From contig NC_068983.1 in NCBI RefSeq assembly GCF_001194135.2, positions 150,389,295-150,453,294 of the forward strand: a DNA stretch of 64,000 nt, given 5' to 3'. The stretch comes from Octopus bimaculoides. Lineage: Eukaryota. Below are positions 12,591-23,583 of the stretch, one piece after another (within the stretch, counting starts at the first letter, position 1; the number at the start of each line of letters is the position of its first letter). The translations under genes and the position numbers were made by a program. The notes beneath the pieces are model-generated. The model was not told where the DNA came from, did no database searches, and saw only the letters and a list, made by a program, of their open reading frames with translations.

Positions 12591-12805
12591 GTAAAGATAA
12601 TTCCTTTCTTCTCTTTTATGTGTTTACTTTATCTTAGAGATATATTATTTGGTCTGCTCTCCACTGATAACCAAATAATAGTATATAGAATTCAGTACTG
12701 ATTAATTTTGAATGTACCTAAATCATTAAAGAGGTAAGCAGTATTCAGTTAAAACCACTTAATTTATTACTATTCATCTTCACTAATTATGTTGAGGATA
12801 TAATA

Positions 12806-13036
12806 ATCATCATCATCGTTTAACATTTGCTTTCCATGCTGGCATGGGTTGGACGGTTTGACTGAGGACTGATGAGCCAGATGGCTGCACCAGGCTCCAA
12901 TCTGATCTGGCAGAGTTTCTACAGCTAGATGGCCTTCCTAATGCCAACCACTCTGAGAGTGTAGTGGGTGCTTTTACGTGCCACTGGCATGAGGGCCAGT
13001 CAGGCGATACTGGCGATGGCCACGCTCAAATGGTGT
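12806..13036 (-). mobile_element. RTE LINE 3'UTR fragment (antisense, PSMD12 intron 5)
   Basis: ATCATCATCGTTTAAC...GGATGGCCTTCCTAATGCCAACCAC matches the other RTE tails. Confidence 0.88.
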
Positions 13037-13590
13037 TTGAAAATATGTCCTTCTGTTGAAATGAAATTTCAGTAGATTTCTATATCTTTGTGCAACTGAG
13101 GATTGCTCTGCATTTTACATTTGATGTAATGTTCACATTGCTTAAATAAATGGAGTCGCATGAAATGATCGTACTGCTTTAGCTTTCGATATCCTTGTTG
13201 CATATTTTGATTTTAATCACCTTATTTTGGAATTCTATGGATAATACCATACTTAATTCTGTTGCCTAAACTTAAGTACCATATTCACCTTCAATCTATC
13301 TATCTATATCTATATTTATTTATTTATTTATTTATTGTCATGACTGGCAAATTTCATTATAGTTTGTGCAATCGTAACTGACTCAATGCTAAACAGCAAC
13401 CTCTGTTTCCTCTACATCAATGGCTATCGGCTTTTCTTCCTCAGTCATTTACCTGCTTCAGTTTCACCATTTACCTCCTTATTCCCTTGCAAAGATATGT
13501 TAGATATTCTTTATATATCAAAGTCTGTGTTACTGCTAAAATGATATCTTTAAGATAGCATGTTAGTGCTAATATTGTGCTTAGGAGAAA

Positions 13591-13781
13591 GCAGTGAGCT
13601 GGCAGAATTGTCAGGTGGAGTGCTTAGCAGAATTTCGCCTGTCTTTGCATTCTGAGTTCAAATTCTGCCAGAGTCAATTTAGCCTTTCATCCTTTCAGGG
13701 TCGATAAAATAAGTACTGGTACTTATTTTATTGACAGAGCCCCTCCCTCAAACCAGCTGGCCTTCTTCCAAAATTGGAAAC
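13591..13781 (+). mobile_element. tRNA-derived SINE, family C
   Basis: GTGAGCTGGCAGAATTG...TTCTGAGTTCAAATTCTGCC (B-box-like)...TCGATAAAATAAGTACTGG; related copies near 10425-10740 and 11165-11377. Confidence 0.75.
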
Positions 13782-13940
13782 AAATGTGCTAGGGGAATAT
13801 TAGTAATATGCTGAGTTCAGGTCAATTGGGGTGGGGGTGGGGTTTAATATGCTGTCTATTTGAAGAAGTATTATTTTTTGACCAAACTGTCCAAAATTCA
13901 AACAATGAATATTTTTTGTTTTCTTTTCATTTATTTCCAG

Positions 13941-14090
13941 GTTGAAACTTTTGGTTCCATGGACAAAAAGGAGAAAGTGGAATTTATTTTGGAACAGATG
14001 AGGTTGTGTTTGGCCAAGAAGGATTACATTCGCACCCAGATCATCAGTAAAAAGATCAGCACCAAATTCTTTGATGAAAAAGACACTACA
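13941..14090 (+). CDS. PSMD12: PSMD12 exon 6
   Basis: [50 protein letters not shown]|GTAAGT, 150 nt. Confidence 0.97.
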
Positions 14091-14465
14091 GTAAGTGAGA
14101 TCTCATCCATTGCTACTAGATTTTTCCCCTTGAATGATGATGACTTCTGTTGTTGTTTAGTTCCAGTTCAACTTTGATTGTGCAGACTTAAGAAATATAT
14201 CATTCAAACCATGACCATCATGTTCTTTTGTATATCTAGAATTACTTTGTCCAGTGTGACCTTTTTTTAAGGTAGTAGGTGTGATCTGAGCGCTATGTCT
14301 AGCAGGATACATAACAGCAATAGAGATGCTTCAATGGCTTATAACTACTGTTATTTCTATTTCACTCTGTTACAATTATTTCTCCATATTTGGATGTATG
14401 CCAATGGGTATTGTAAATCTGAACATTTCGATTGACCTTATGAAGACAATTAGTTAAAATGGGAA

Positions 14466-15620
14466 ATGGTTTGGCTTTGTGACAGGAAAGGGTACTGCTG
14501 ATGCTTTCTTAGTGTGACAATTGTTGGAGAGATGCATAACTAAGAGTAAACCCCCTCTACCTACATATCATTGATTTGGAGAAGTCCTTTAACAAAGAAC
14601 CTTGCCTTGTAATCTGGTGGTGGCTAAGGAAACTGAGAATAGATGAATGATTTGTGAGGGCCATACAAGCCATATACAGATTCACAGTCGGCAATTAATT
14701 TAACAAATTTATCATGCAAGTAGGAGTTTATCAGGATCCAATTTTTAGCTTTCACCTGTTTAGTATAGTCCTCCAACCAGAAAGAGAATAGTTATAGACT
14801 GGAGGATTATAATAAATATTTTTATACTGTTTAAAAGGTAATCACCTTTTCTTGTTGACCTGTATTCACTTCATCTAGAAATTTCTTGTATATGTTGTAT
14901 ACTAGATTTTTCATATCAAAGACTCTGAATTTCATTTCATTCCGTGAAGAAATTTGTCCTTACTAGATATTAGCTTTTTCATAAGATAAGAGTTCTTCCT
15001 TAGCAGAGACTGTCTTCTTCTCAAGAGGTGTAATCCACCTCATATTCCTGTAGCTTTATACATAATACACCTGTGTTCTGAATATGCTTAGTTCTTATAA
15101 ACTGAATTTGTTGAACATTTAAAAAGAAATTCCAAATCAAGAGTTAAAAAGCTTCAAAGTAAACTTTGCAAAGATTAAAGATTTTACTAAGAAAGAAGGC
15201 AGAAAAACAGTTATACAGTGTGCCTGGCATGGAATGACTAGCAGATTGATAGAGAAAAGAGACTTTGTATGTGATAGATGCATAGAAGTGGTCAATAGGA
15301 AGAATATATATAAAATAAATACCTTCAAATGTTTGGAAAGCTTACCAGAAATAGTTGATAGCCCTTATTACCTAGGTGATCTAATTAGTAGTATAGATTT
15401 GTTTTCCAAAAGCATAGTAACCAGAATAAGAATTAGTTGGAGCTGTTACTTCTACTGGCAACAAATGATTTTTCTCTCCGAGTGAAGGGAAGTTAATATA
15501 ATGTTTATGTACAAAGTGCAATACTTCATGGTAGCAGAATATATGCCTTGAATGCAGATAAGTAGCAAAGACCAGAAAGAAATGAAGTACTCTGCTCTGT
15601 GTATTGTTAGTGTGCATGAA
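14466..15620 (+). mobile_element. Old, degraded RTE LINE fragments (RT core and RT C-terminus)
   Basis: 14466-14780 resembles RT segments (FGFV.GKGT.DAF, IDLEKSF, WW.LRKL.IDE); 15234-15485 reads ...FVCDRC...VDSPYYLGDLISS...RIRISW; many stops and frameshifts. Confidence 0.7.
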
Positions 15621-15799
15621 GAAGAATCAGAAATGTTATTTGAATCCCGTTACGGTTCCATTTTTGTTCACAGCTATTTTGTTGTAATCAATACCATATC
15701 TATCCAATATTTATATTCAAATTTACAATGAAAGTAAACAAACAAAGTTTGTTCTTTTTTAGAAGCGTTGAGATGTATTGTAAGATACAGAAATAAATT

Positions 15800-16063
15800 T
15801 ATTTCTCAAATGCGTGATAATGCTATAAATAGCGTGATTCAAATTCAAAATTTAACGTTAGCATCTTATGAAGCTAAATTTATAAGTTCTAAAATTGCAG
15901 AAGAATTCCTTGCTGGGCAGTTTAGTTTAATGGTAAAACACTTGATGCGTAATCACTGAGATGTGAGTTCGAGTCTCATGACTGGCCAGTAACGTATCTT
16001 TAAATTAATGGATAATTTATCCTGATCACGCTATTTATAGCATTATCATGCATTTGAGAAATA
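15800..16063. mobile_element. MITE-like element: 39-bp inverted repeats enclosing a tRNA-like core
   Basis: TATTTCTCAAATGCGTGATAATGCTATAAATAGCGTGAT (15800-15838) vs its reverse complement at 16025-16063, one mismatch. Confidence 0.75.
15916..15987 (+). tRNA. tRNA-Thr(CGT)-like cloverleaf, probably a pseudogene
   Basis: Acceptor GGCAGTT/GACTGGC (1 mismatch), T8A9, D-arm GTTT-AATGGTA-AAAC, anticodon loop TGCGTAA (CGT at 15948-15950; G at position 33 is non-canonical; stem only 3/5 paired), 5-nt variable loop, T-arm GTGAG-TTCGAGT-CTCAT. Confidence 0.65.
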
Positions 16064-16075
16064 TTTATATGTAAT

Positions 16076-16079
<4 letters not shown>

Positions 16080-16165
<86 letters not shown>
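16080..16165. repeat. (CA)n microsatellite, about 43 units
   Basis: Uninterrupted ACAC run directly after the tRNA-cored element. Confidence 0.97.
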
Positions 16166-16167
<2 letters not shown>

Positions 16168-16261
16168 AAACCCATCCATCTATCTCAGGATCTCGAATTA
16201 AGAAATTCTTATACCTAAACATGTATATTTATATAATTAGTTATTTTTATTTCATTGACAG

Positions 16262-16396
16262 GATCTAAAGCTGAAATATTACCAGCTGATGATAGAACTT
16301 GATGAACACGATGGGTCATACCTTGCCATCTGTAAGCATTACCGAGCAGTTTATGACACCTCTGCCATCCAAGAAGACAAAGAGAAAATGGCATCG
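16262..16396 (+). CDS. PSMD12: PSMD12 exon 7
   Basis: [45 protein letters not shown]|GTGAGA, 135 nt. Confidence 0.96.
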
Positions 16397-16585
16397 GTGA
16401 GAACACACTGGTCTTTCTTTTTTCTTTTTATTTTTTGTCAGTATTACTGTGGTGTGATATGCTGTACCTAATGCTAACTAATCAACTTTCTGTTCTATGA
16501 ATTTGGTAATGTTAAATAACCCACTTGTTTGTCCATAAAGGATCATGGTTTCTCATTCTTCATAGTAACATGTTGTTTGTAATTC

Positions 16586-16924
16586 ATCCCCTGACTGGCT
16601 CCTCTGCCAGTGGCATGTAGAAAGCACCGTCTGAACATGGCCAATGCCAGTATCCCCTGACTGGCCCCTGTGCCGATGGCACGTAAAAAGGACTATCCGA
16701 ACGTGATCGATGCCAGGCCTGCCTGACTGGCTCCTGTGCCGGTAGCATGTAAAAAGTACCCACTACACTCTTGGAGTGGTTGGCGTTAGGAAGGGCATCC
16801 AGCTGTAGAAACATTGCCGGATCAGATTGGAGCCTGGTGCAGCCACTCTCTCTCTCTCCAGACCTTAGTCAAACCATCCAACCCATGCCAGCATGGAAAA
16901 CAGATGTTAAACGATGATGATGAT
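16586..16924 (+). mobile_element. RTE LINE 3'UTR copy (PSMD12 intron 7)
   Basis: Ends GATGTTAAACGATGATGATGAT; shares the GGTTGGCGTTAGGAAGGGCATCCAGCTGTAGAAAC core. Confidence 0.88.
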
Positions 16925-17285
16925 TTAAGATCATGTTTGTAATGAACTCTTGGGTATCAAAAAAGTAATCAATGAATTTAACTTGTCAATGTGGTTAATG
17001 TAGCTGTATGTAAAACAGTTTGTGTTGAGAGTAACAAAAATCTAATTAGAAATACTCATATGATAAAAAATTAAAAATCAAACATTAACTTTTCCACTGA
17101 TTGGAAGAAGGAGACTTTGTTGCTTGTGCTGGGAAAGTCGAAAGAGAAAGAAAGTGTCATAATGATTGGTAGATTAGATTGTTAAATATCTAGGTGGGAG
17201 ATCAATATAGTGAGTCTTGTTAGATGACAGGCAGTCATAAATAGTTAAATATTGGGAGGGATTGGTGTAGAGAAAGTGGGGTAAA

Positions 17286-17393
17286 AGAAAATCTTGTACC
17301 TGTGTTCTTTGCCTGTGAGGAACCTAACGGAACCTCCTCTCCACCTTACTTCTTGGAGGCAGCAGATATCGACACATCTCTGTTCAAGCATCA
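17286..17393 (-). mobile_element. RTE AP-endonuclease N-terminal fragment
   Basis: MLEQRCVDICCLQEVRWRGGSVRFLTGKEHRYKIF contains the D(I/V)xxLQEVRW motif of RTE endonucleases. Confidence 0.8.
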
Positions 17394-17403
17394 AGTGTGG
17401 GAC

Positions 17404-17519
17404 ACTTACAGCGCCTAGGTTTCCCAAGCGGTCACCCATCTAAGTACTCACTAAGCTCGACGTTGCTTAACTTCGGTGATCAGACGAGAACCGATGCTCT
17501 CAGTGTGATATGGCCAGAT
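17404..17519 (-). pseudogene. 5S rRNA copy / pseudogene
   Basis: Minus strand GGCCATATCACACTGAGAGCATCGGTTCTCGTCTGATCACCGAAGTTAAGCAACGTCGAGCTTAGTGAGTACTTAGATGGGTGACCGCTTGGGAAACCTAGGCGCTGTAAG aligns with invertebrate 5S. Boxes A and C are recognisable, the first ~6 nt do not pair with the 3' end, and no oligo-T terminator follows directly. Single dispersed copy. Confidence 0.92.
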
Positions 17520-17947
17520 ATTTTAAGATTTCTTCCTCAAATAAAAATTGTGAACGAGACAAATACTTCAGAGGAAAATTCCAATTGGAGCAGTTACCCA
17601 GTAAAAATAATAACATTAAACAGTAAAGATACAATGCAGAAGAAGGAGATGAATTATTAGTATTATTATATTACTGAAGACTGAGTTTTTTGCCATGTCT
17701 TTCAATAATGTCACTAATTCTTTTCAGGCTTCCTTTTGTGTGACTTTTTCTGAGTTAGATGTTATTTTTGTACTTTTACACATCTTTGATAGTATATGAA
17801 AATAGGAATCGGATACATAGTTGCCTGCAAAACTTAGATATTTTTCTTTTTTTCCCTGATGAGATGTAAAAGACATTATAAGAGAGAGAGAGAATCAGGC
17901 TAATTAGAATTTTTATTAACTGTATTTTTTTTTCCTTAAAATTTCAG

Positions 17948-18060
17948 GCCTTGAAATGTGTTATACTTTACCTTATTTTGGCTCCATATGACAATGAACA
18001 GTCAGATTTACTTCATAGAATTGGAGAGGAGAAGAATCTTAATGAAATTCCTAAATACAA
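17948..18060 (+). CDS. PSMD12: PSMD12 exon 8
   Basis: [37 protein letters not shown](K), 113 nt, ends in phase 2. Confidence 0.96.
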
Positions 18061-18196
18061 GTAAATATGTATTTAGTTTGCCTTGCTTTCTCATTTTCTT
18101 TTCATCTCTCTCTTCTTTCTCATTCACACAGAAGATAAATAGACAGACATTGATTTTATAACCTGACTTTATACTTCTCCTTTTTTGCCTTTATAG

Positions 18197-18374
18197 AGAG
18201 CTGCATAGTTTGTTTACAACAAGTGAACTTATTTACTGGAAACAGTTGTGCGCTGATTTTGAAACTGAATTAAAAGAAGGTTCTAAAGATTGTCCAGCTA
18301 CACATGTTTTTGATGTTAACTCTCCTGCTTCCAAAAAAAGATGGCAGGACCTGAAAAATCGAGTTGTAGAACAC
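18197..18374 (+). CDS. PSMD12: PSMD12 exon 9
   Basis: (K)ELHSLFTTSELIYWKQL...KKRWQDLKNRVVEH|GTAAGT, 178 nt, phase matches exon 8. Confidence 0.96.
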
Positions 18375-18772
18375 GTAAGTACTGTAGTTTTTTTCCATAT
18401 ATTTTTCTCTTAATTACTAATGTAGCAATTGAGAAAAATCAATGAGTGCTCTGTTGGATGTGCAAAGTTCAAGTACAGTTAAATTGATTAAGTGGCTGTA
18501 TATTAAATATATATTTATTTTCGTCTGCAATAGAGATAGCTGTACATGTATGTTGGTTGGAAAAGTGTTGTGATATAACAATAGAAATAGATTGAGAAAG
18601 AGTTTTGAAGAAATAGCTAAGGATGATCCATTCACAGTTGTTGGAAGTGTAATTCAAAATTTTTTTAAACCATTGTAATGGTTTATATTTATCTGTTGAA
18701 ATTTGCATAAAATATGTAAAGATTATGACGAAATGATAGAATGTGAGACTTGCAAATGTACCATCTTTCTTT

Positions 18773-19109
18773 GGCTGTTGCCAGTACCGCCTGACTGGCC
18801 TCCGTAGGATTTTCGAGCGAGATCGTTGCCAGTGCCCCTGGACTGGCTTGTGCGGGTGGCACATAAAAGACACCATTTCGAGCGTGGCCGTTGCCAGTAT
18901 CGCCTGACTGGCCTTCGTGCAGGTGACACGTAAAAGCACCTACTACACTCTCTGAGTGGTTGGCGTTAAGGAAGGGCATCCAGCTGTAGAAACTCTGCCA
19001 AATTTAGATTGGAGCCTGGTGTTGCCATCCGGTTTCACCAGTCCTCAGTCAAGTCGTCCAACCCATGCTAGCATGGAAAGCGGACGTTAAACGATGATGA
19101 TGATGATGA
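18773..19109 (+). mobile_element. RTE LINE 3'UTR copy (PSMD12 intron 9)
   Basis: Three GCCAGT-N8-ACTGGC modules, conserved core, (GAT)n tail. Confidence 0.92.
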
Positions 19110-20064
19110 AAGAAGGGACTGTGCTTATGGCTGATGTTTCTCAAGTTGAAGGTTGGAGAAAATGTTAAGGGAGGGTATTTCAGAGGGCCGATGTTTTGGA
19201 AGTGAAGTCCTTGAAAGAGTGGTTTGTATGGAGTCTTGGAGAGGAGATCAATATCATTGACAAGCATAAGAGACATGTGTGAATTAGTATTTGAGTGGAA
19301 GTTGCATGAAATCACCTAGCACTGAGGAGCTGAAGTACTTTCTGTTCAGTATTTTTTGGCTTAAAAGAGGAAGGCCCCTGTTTGTGATATAATTTTGGCT
19401 GTATTGAGGTCATGTGTTTGCCAGGAGAGATCTTCAGTAATGTCAAGATCTGGTATTTGAAGCCAACTTCAGGTGCCTAATTTTATGTTAATTGAGGGTA
19501 GGATAGTGATTAGTGATTGTGTCTTGGTACTTTTGAAGGAGACAAATCTGAATCAAACCCTGGGGTAACCAGAAGTTATAGAATGGAGATCTGCAAGAGC
19601 TTCAACAGTAGATGATACAATGTTACAATCTGACAAGAACCTACTAATCTAAGTGATGAGACGCATGGGTTCTAGTGATGGATAGTTTGTGTGTCAAACA
19701 GAATGATTAGGAGTTAACGGGAAAGTGCAGATGGCTGACTCAATAAGATATTGAATAATTAACAATGAAAATTAGGATTTCGACTTCATCACTGGCTTTG
19801 TGCTGTGTCTATGACCAAGATCCCAAATTCTCTGAATAGGTCCTTTATAATGGTACAATTCATTGTTGAAAGTAATTACAATGTAAAACTAATGACTAGT
19901 TTTTATTACTGTGTTGACTTATGGGAAAATTAACTCAGTTGACTGACAGTATATTCAAGTGATTTAACTTAGTTTCTAAGTACTACAGAAACCACAGATA
20001 TTGGAGTGCCTATGCACTCCAATATAAAATATTTGAAATTGAATGTCATTTTCTTTTTTTGTAG

Positions 20065-20142
20065 AATATTCGTGTGATGGCAAAATATTATACCAGGGTA
20101 CGAATGAATAGGATGGCCCAACTACTTGATCTCTCAGAAGAT
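20065..20142 (+). CDS. PSMD12: PSMD12 exon 10
   Basis: [26 protein letters not shown]|GTAAGT (PCI domain), 78 nt. Confidence 0.96.
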
Positions 20143-20546
20143 GTAAGTACAATAGTTTAATATAGGCATGAATTGGGAAGAATGCATGTATTTGTAGACA
20201 AGAACTATATGTACAGAAGGGGAGAGAGGATGTGTTTATATACTATATGAAGTCGCTGTTTATGACTAGTCTGAACATTAAAAAAGATTGCAGTGAAATG
20301 TACTTAGTACTTTGAGTTTTTTGACTGGAAGCAGTCTTCATTGTATTGTTGGGTGCCACTGAAGTATTTTTGTGTTCAGGTAGTGAAGGGTATATCAGGC
20401 TCATGTGAGCCAGCACCTCTAAGATTTTCCCTAACAGAAAAATCTAAAGTAATGCAACAGTCTTAACTAAAAAGGGAGATCACTCTTGAGTAAAGGAATA
20501 ATCTGTAACATTGTTTGGTTCTTGTTGAGTAAGAGCCTCATATATA

Positions 20547-21375
20547 CAGGGTGTCCCAAAAGTCACTGATGGATTTCAGTTTTTAATAACTTCCTTAACT
20601 TGACAAATAAATGCATAACATTTTGTACAATATAAAGGACATAATGGAAATTAATATGCACAGGTCAAATTTTGCAACACCTACATTACATTTGAAAGAT
20701 GGCAGCCATTTTCGGCTTTGCACGCCCATGCTTTTTCCAAAACTTGCATCATAACACCCTCGAGTTTCAGATCCCATTTCTCTGATTTCTCTATTGATGT
20801 TCTCCTTCAGTTGCACCAGGGTCTTTGGTTTGTTGATGTAAACCCTCTCTTTCACAAGAAAAAATCCAGGCTAGTCAAGACCGGGGAATGTGAAGGCCAG
20901 TTGACATTGCCATAGCTGGAGATTATTCTCTCTCCAAAGCACTGCCAAAGCAACTGATCTGTTTCTCTTGTGGTATGAGAAGTTGCCCCATCTTGCTGGA
21001 ACCATGTGTGAGGTCTACTTTGAATGGCCTTCACATTCCCCAGATTTGACTAGCCTGGATTTTTTTCTTGTGGGGATACCTGAAAGAGACGATTTGCATC
21101 AACAAACTGGAGACCCTGATGCAATTGAAGGAGAGCATCAATAGAGAAATCAGAAGTGGGGTCTGAAACTCTTGATGTTATAATGCAAGTTTTGGAAAGA
21201 GCATGGGTGTGCGAAGTTGAAAATGGCTGCTATTTCAGCGAAGTCATTTTTCATGTTTGACTTGTGCATTTTTATCTCCATTATGTCCTTTATATTGTAT
21301 CAAAATTTCATGAGTTTATTTGTAAAGTTAAGTTATTAAAAACTGAAACCCATCAGTCACTTTTGGGACACCGTG
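20547..21375. mobile_element. Foldback Tc1/mariner-superfamily derivative (two inverted transposase 3' ends)
   Basis: Ends TA|CAGGGTGTCCCAAAAGT ... ACTTTTGGGACACCGTG|TA. Minus strand encodes WFQQDGATSHT...WPSHSPVLTSLDFFL and KERVYINKPKTLVQLKENI; plus strand 21025-21375 repeats the same 3' segment. Confidence 0.88.
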
Positions 21376-22842
21376 TATTATATTATCCTCTGGGCAATAA
21401 TTTAAAGATGCCGAAGCTGTACACACCATATTGATCTCACTGTTGCTGACCCAACTCTAGACTAAGCCACAAAACATACGATACAAGCTAAAGCTAATTT
21501 TACAATACCTCACAATAATAAATTTGATTTCTCAAAAGCATCAAACTGTCAGTAATAGAGTACCTCTATGGTGTGTGCTACAGAGTAAGAGATAAGCTCT
21601 TTTGAAGTTCAGATTCCTAATTTTGATTCTTAGTTACTCTTTATGAAATGCCTTACGTTAAGGTAATAGTGATATATAGATAAATTTAATTAAGTTAATA
21701 TCGTGAAACTTTTTGTATTTTGATATTTGCAAGGAAATAATGGTAAGAAAAACTTTTCAGATGGGAAACTGTTCTATCAGCATAAATTCAAAAAATTCTA
21801 TCAAACCCATTCTGTTGTGTAACTGAGCAAAACACATCATTGTGCTTGCTTCACTCATACTTCACAGTTCACCATTTGTTAGGATGGAAAACTGATTGCA
21901 AAACAGAAAGTTTGGGCAATGGGTTTAGTATGGACTACGGGGAAAATGTACAATATAGTTAATGGCAATGAGATTTTGACAGACAGATGTACTTGCATTA
22001 CCATTTTCTTTGACAGTTTAGTCAACTTCTTTAGTTGAACCTATACACTCAACTGGTGCCATTTACTATCATCTGTTGCTAGTCAGATCAGTTCTGATTT
22101 GAAATTCATCAGTAAAGCCGTTAGGTGTTTGGTCTGCTGATCAGTACCAGCTCAGCTTTGATGATCAGCAGCTGTATCTTTAGTCAACCATTAGGGTATT
22201 GTCATCAAATTGAAAATCAAAATACATCAATCAGGTAAAATGGGTGAATTTAAGTGGATCAGTTGAAGAGTTTAGATTAGAGGAGTAAAGATAAATGTAA
22301 AAGAGACAGCAGGAGCATATAATCTCCTCATAGCCTAAAGGATGTAGAGTTTCTGTGAGTTAAGACTCGTTTGTGAAACTTTTGGGAATTGGGCATTGGA
22401 AAGAAACCATAAAAATGAAAAATTGATTCAGTTTTAAATAGTTGACATTCAAGGTGGTTTTAGATATACATTGTCCTTTCTGAAGTAGATGGTTTTCCAG
22501 GGTTTAAAAATTTTTTTAAATCTAGTTTTACAGAATGTGAATATATATTGATGCAATAGGTTTGATGAAGAAAAATTCTGAAAGACCTTTAATATTAAAG
22601 TGTCTTTAAAAGTTATTACTGGATGGGGTGGGTTAGCAAAATCAATGTTTGATAAAATGCCTTGTATTTCTTCTGGCTCATGTTCTGAGTTGATTTTTAA
22701 GGTCAGCTGAGCCTTTCATTTGTTTGTGGGCAATAAAATAAAGTGCTGGTTTAGTACTGGGTTGATTTCACTGAGTAACCCATTCCCTTTGAATTACTGG
22801 TCTTATGCCTATTAGTTTAATTATATTTTATTTTCTTCACAG

Positions 22843-23052
22843 GAAACTGAAGAATTTTTGTCCAATCTAGTAGTCAACAAGACAGTTCAGGCGAAAATGG
22901 ACCGTCTTGATGGTATCATCAATTTCCGGCAACACAGAGATCCGAATAACATTTTAAATGACTGGTCTTCCAACATAAGTCGGTTGATGCAGTTAGTAAA
23001 CAAAACTAACCATCTCATCACGAAAGAGGAGATGGTACATAAGTTGCATTGA
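22843..23052 (+). CDS. PSMD12: PSMD12 exon 11 (last coding exon)
   Basis: [28 protein letters not shown]...[13 protein letters not shown]; the spliced total is 454 aa with all phases consistent. Confidence 0.97.
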   Translation, partial: ETEEFLSNLVVNKTVQAKMDRLDGIINFRQHRDPNNILNDWSSNISRLMQLVNKTNHLITKEEMVHKLH

Positions 23053-23108
23053 TCTACATGTTTCAACATCATTATTCGTTGGCTTCTAAGAAAAAAAAAA
23101 AAATTTTC

Positions 23109-23114
23109 AATAAA
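23109..23114 (+). terminator. PSMD12: Candidate PSMD12 polyadenylation signal AATAAA (alternative at 23341)
   Basis: AATAAA 57 nt after the stop codon; another at 23341-23346 is followed by T-rich sequence. Confidence 0.4.
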
Positions 23115-23583
23115 AAGAAATTCTTCAAATTTTTCATTTACTGAAAAAAAAAAAAAAAAAATAGGGAGATAGAATGCTTGAGTGTGAAAGTCCTTAAAAC
23201 ATTTTTTTGTTTGAATGATAAAATCTTATATGATTTTAAAATATAAGTATGAAGTTTGAATGATTTTAAAAGTTATAGATTTTGAAACTTTTAAAAGATT
23301 AAAAAAAAAGACAAACTTATAAATTGAAATTATAAGTTTCAATAAATCTGATCATTAAATAAATGCTTGCTGCTTTTTTCATTTCATATATTAAGTTTAT
23401 CATTCTTCATTTGTAATTTGTCACTAGGCAGATCCGCCATTGATCACTGGCTTACCAGGCCTATCATGACTGCTTATTAGTCATGTGGCTAGAGCAACAC
23501 AAAACCACAATCTTACAATCATGAGTCTGACACCATAATCACTACATACCTCCATCTCATATACTAGTGACACATTGGCTGCA

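Noticed and set aside
18773-19000. Hairpin repeat-spacer pattern superficially like a CRISPR array
   Set aside because: The spacers are themselves repeated, the array lies in a LINE 3'UTR, there are no cas genes, and the DNA is eukaryotic.
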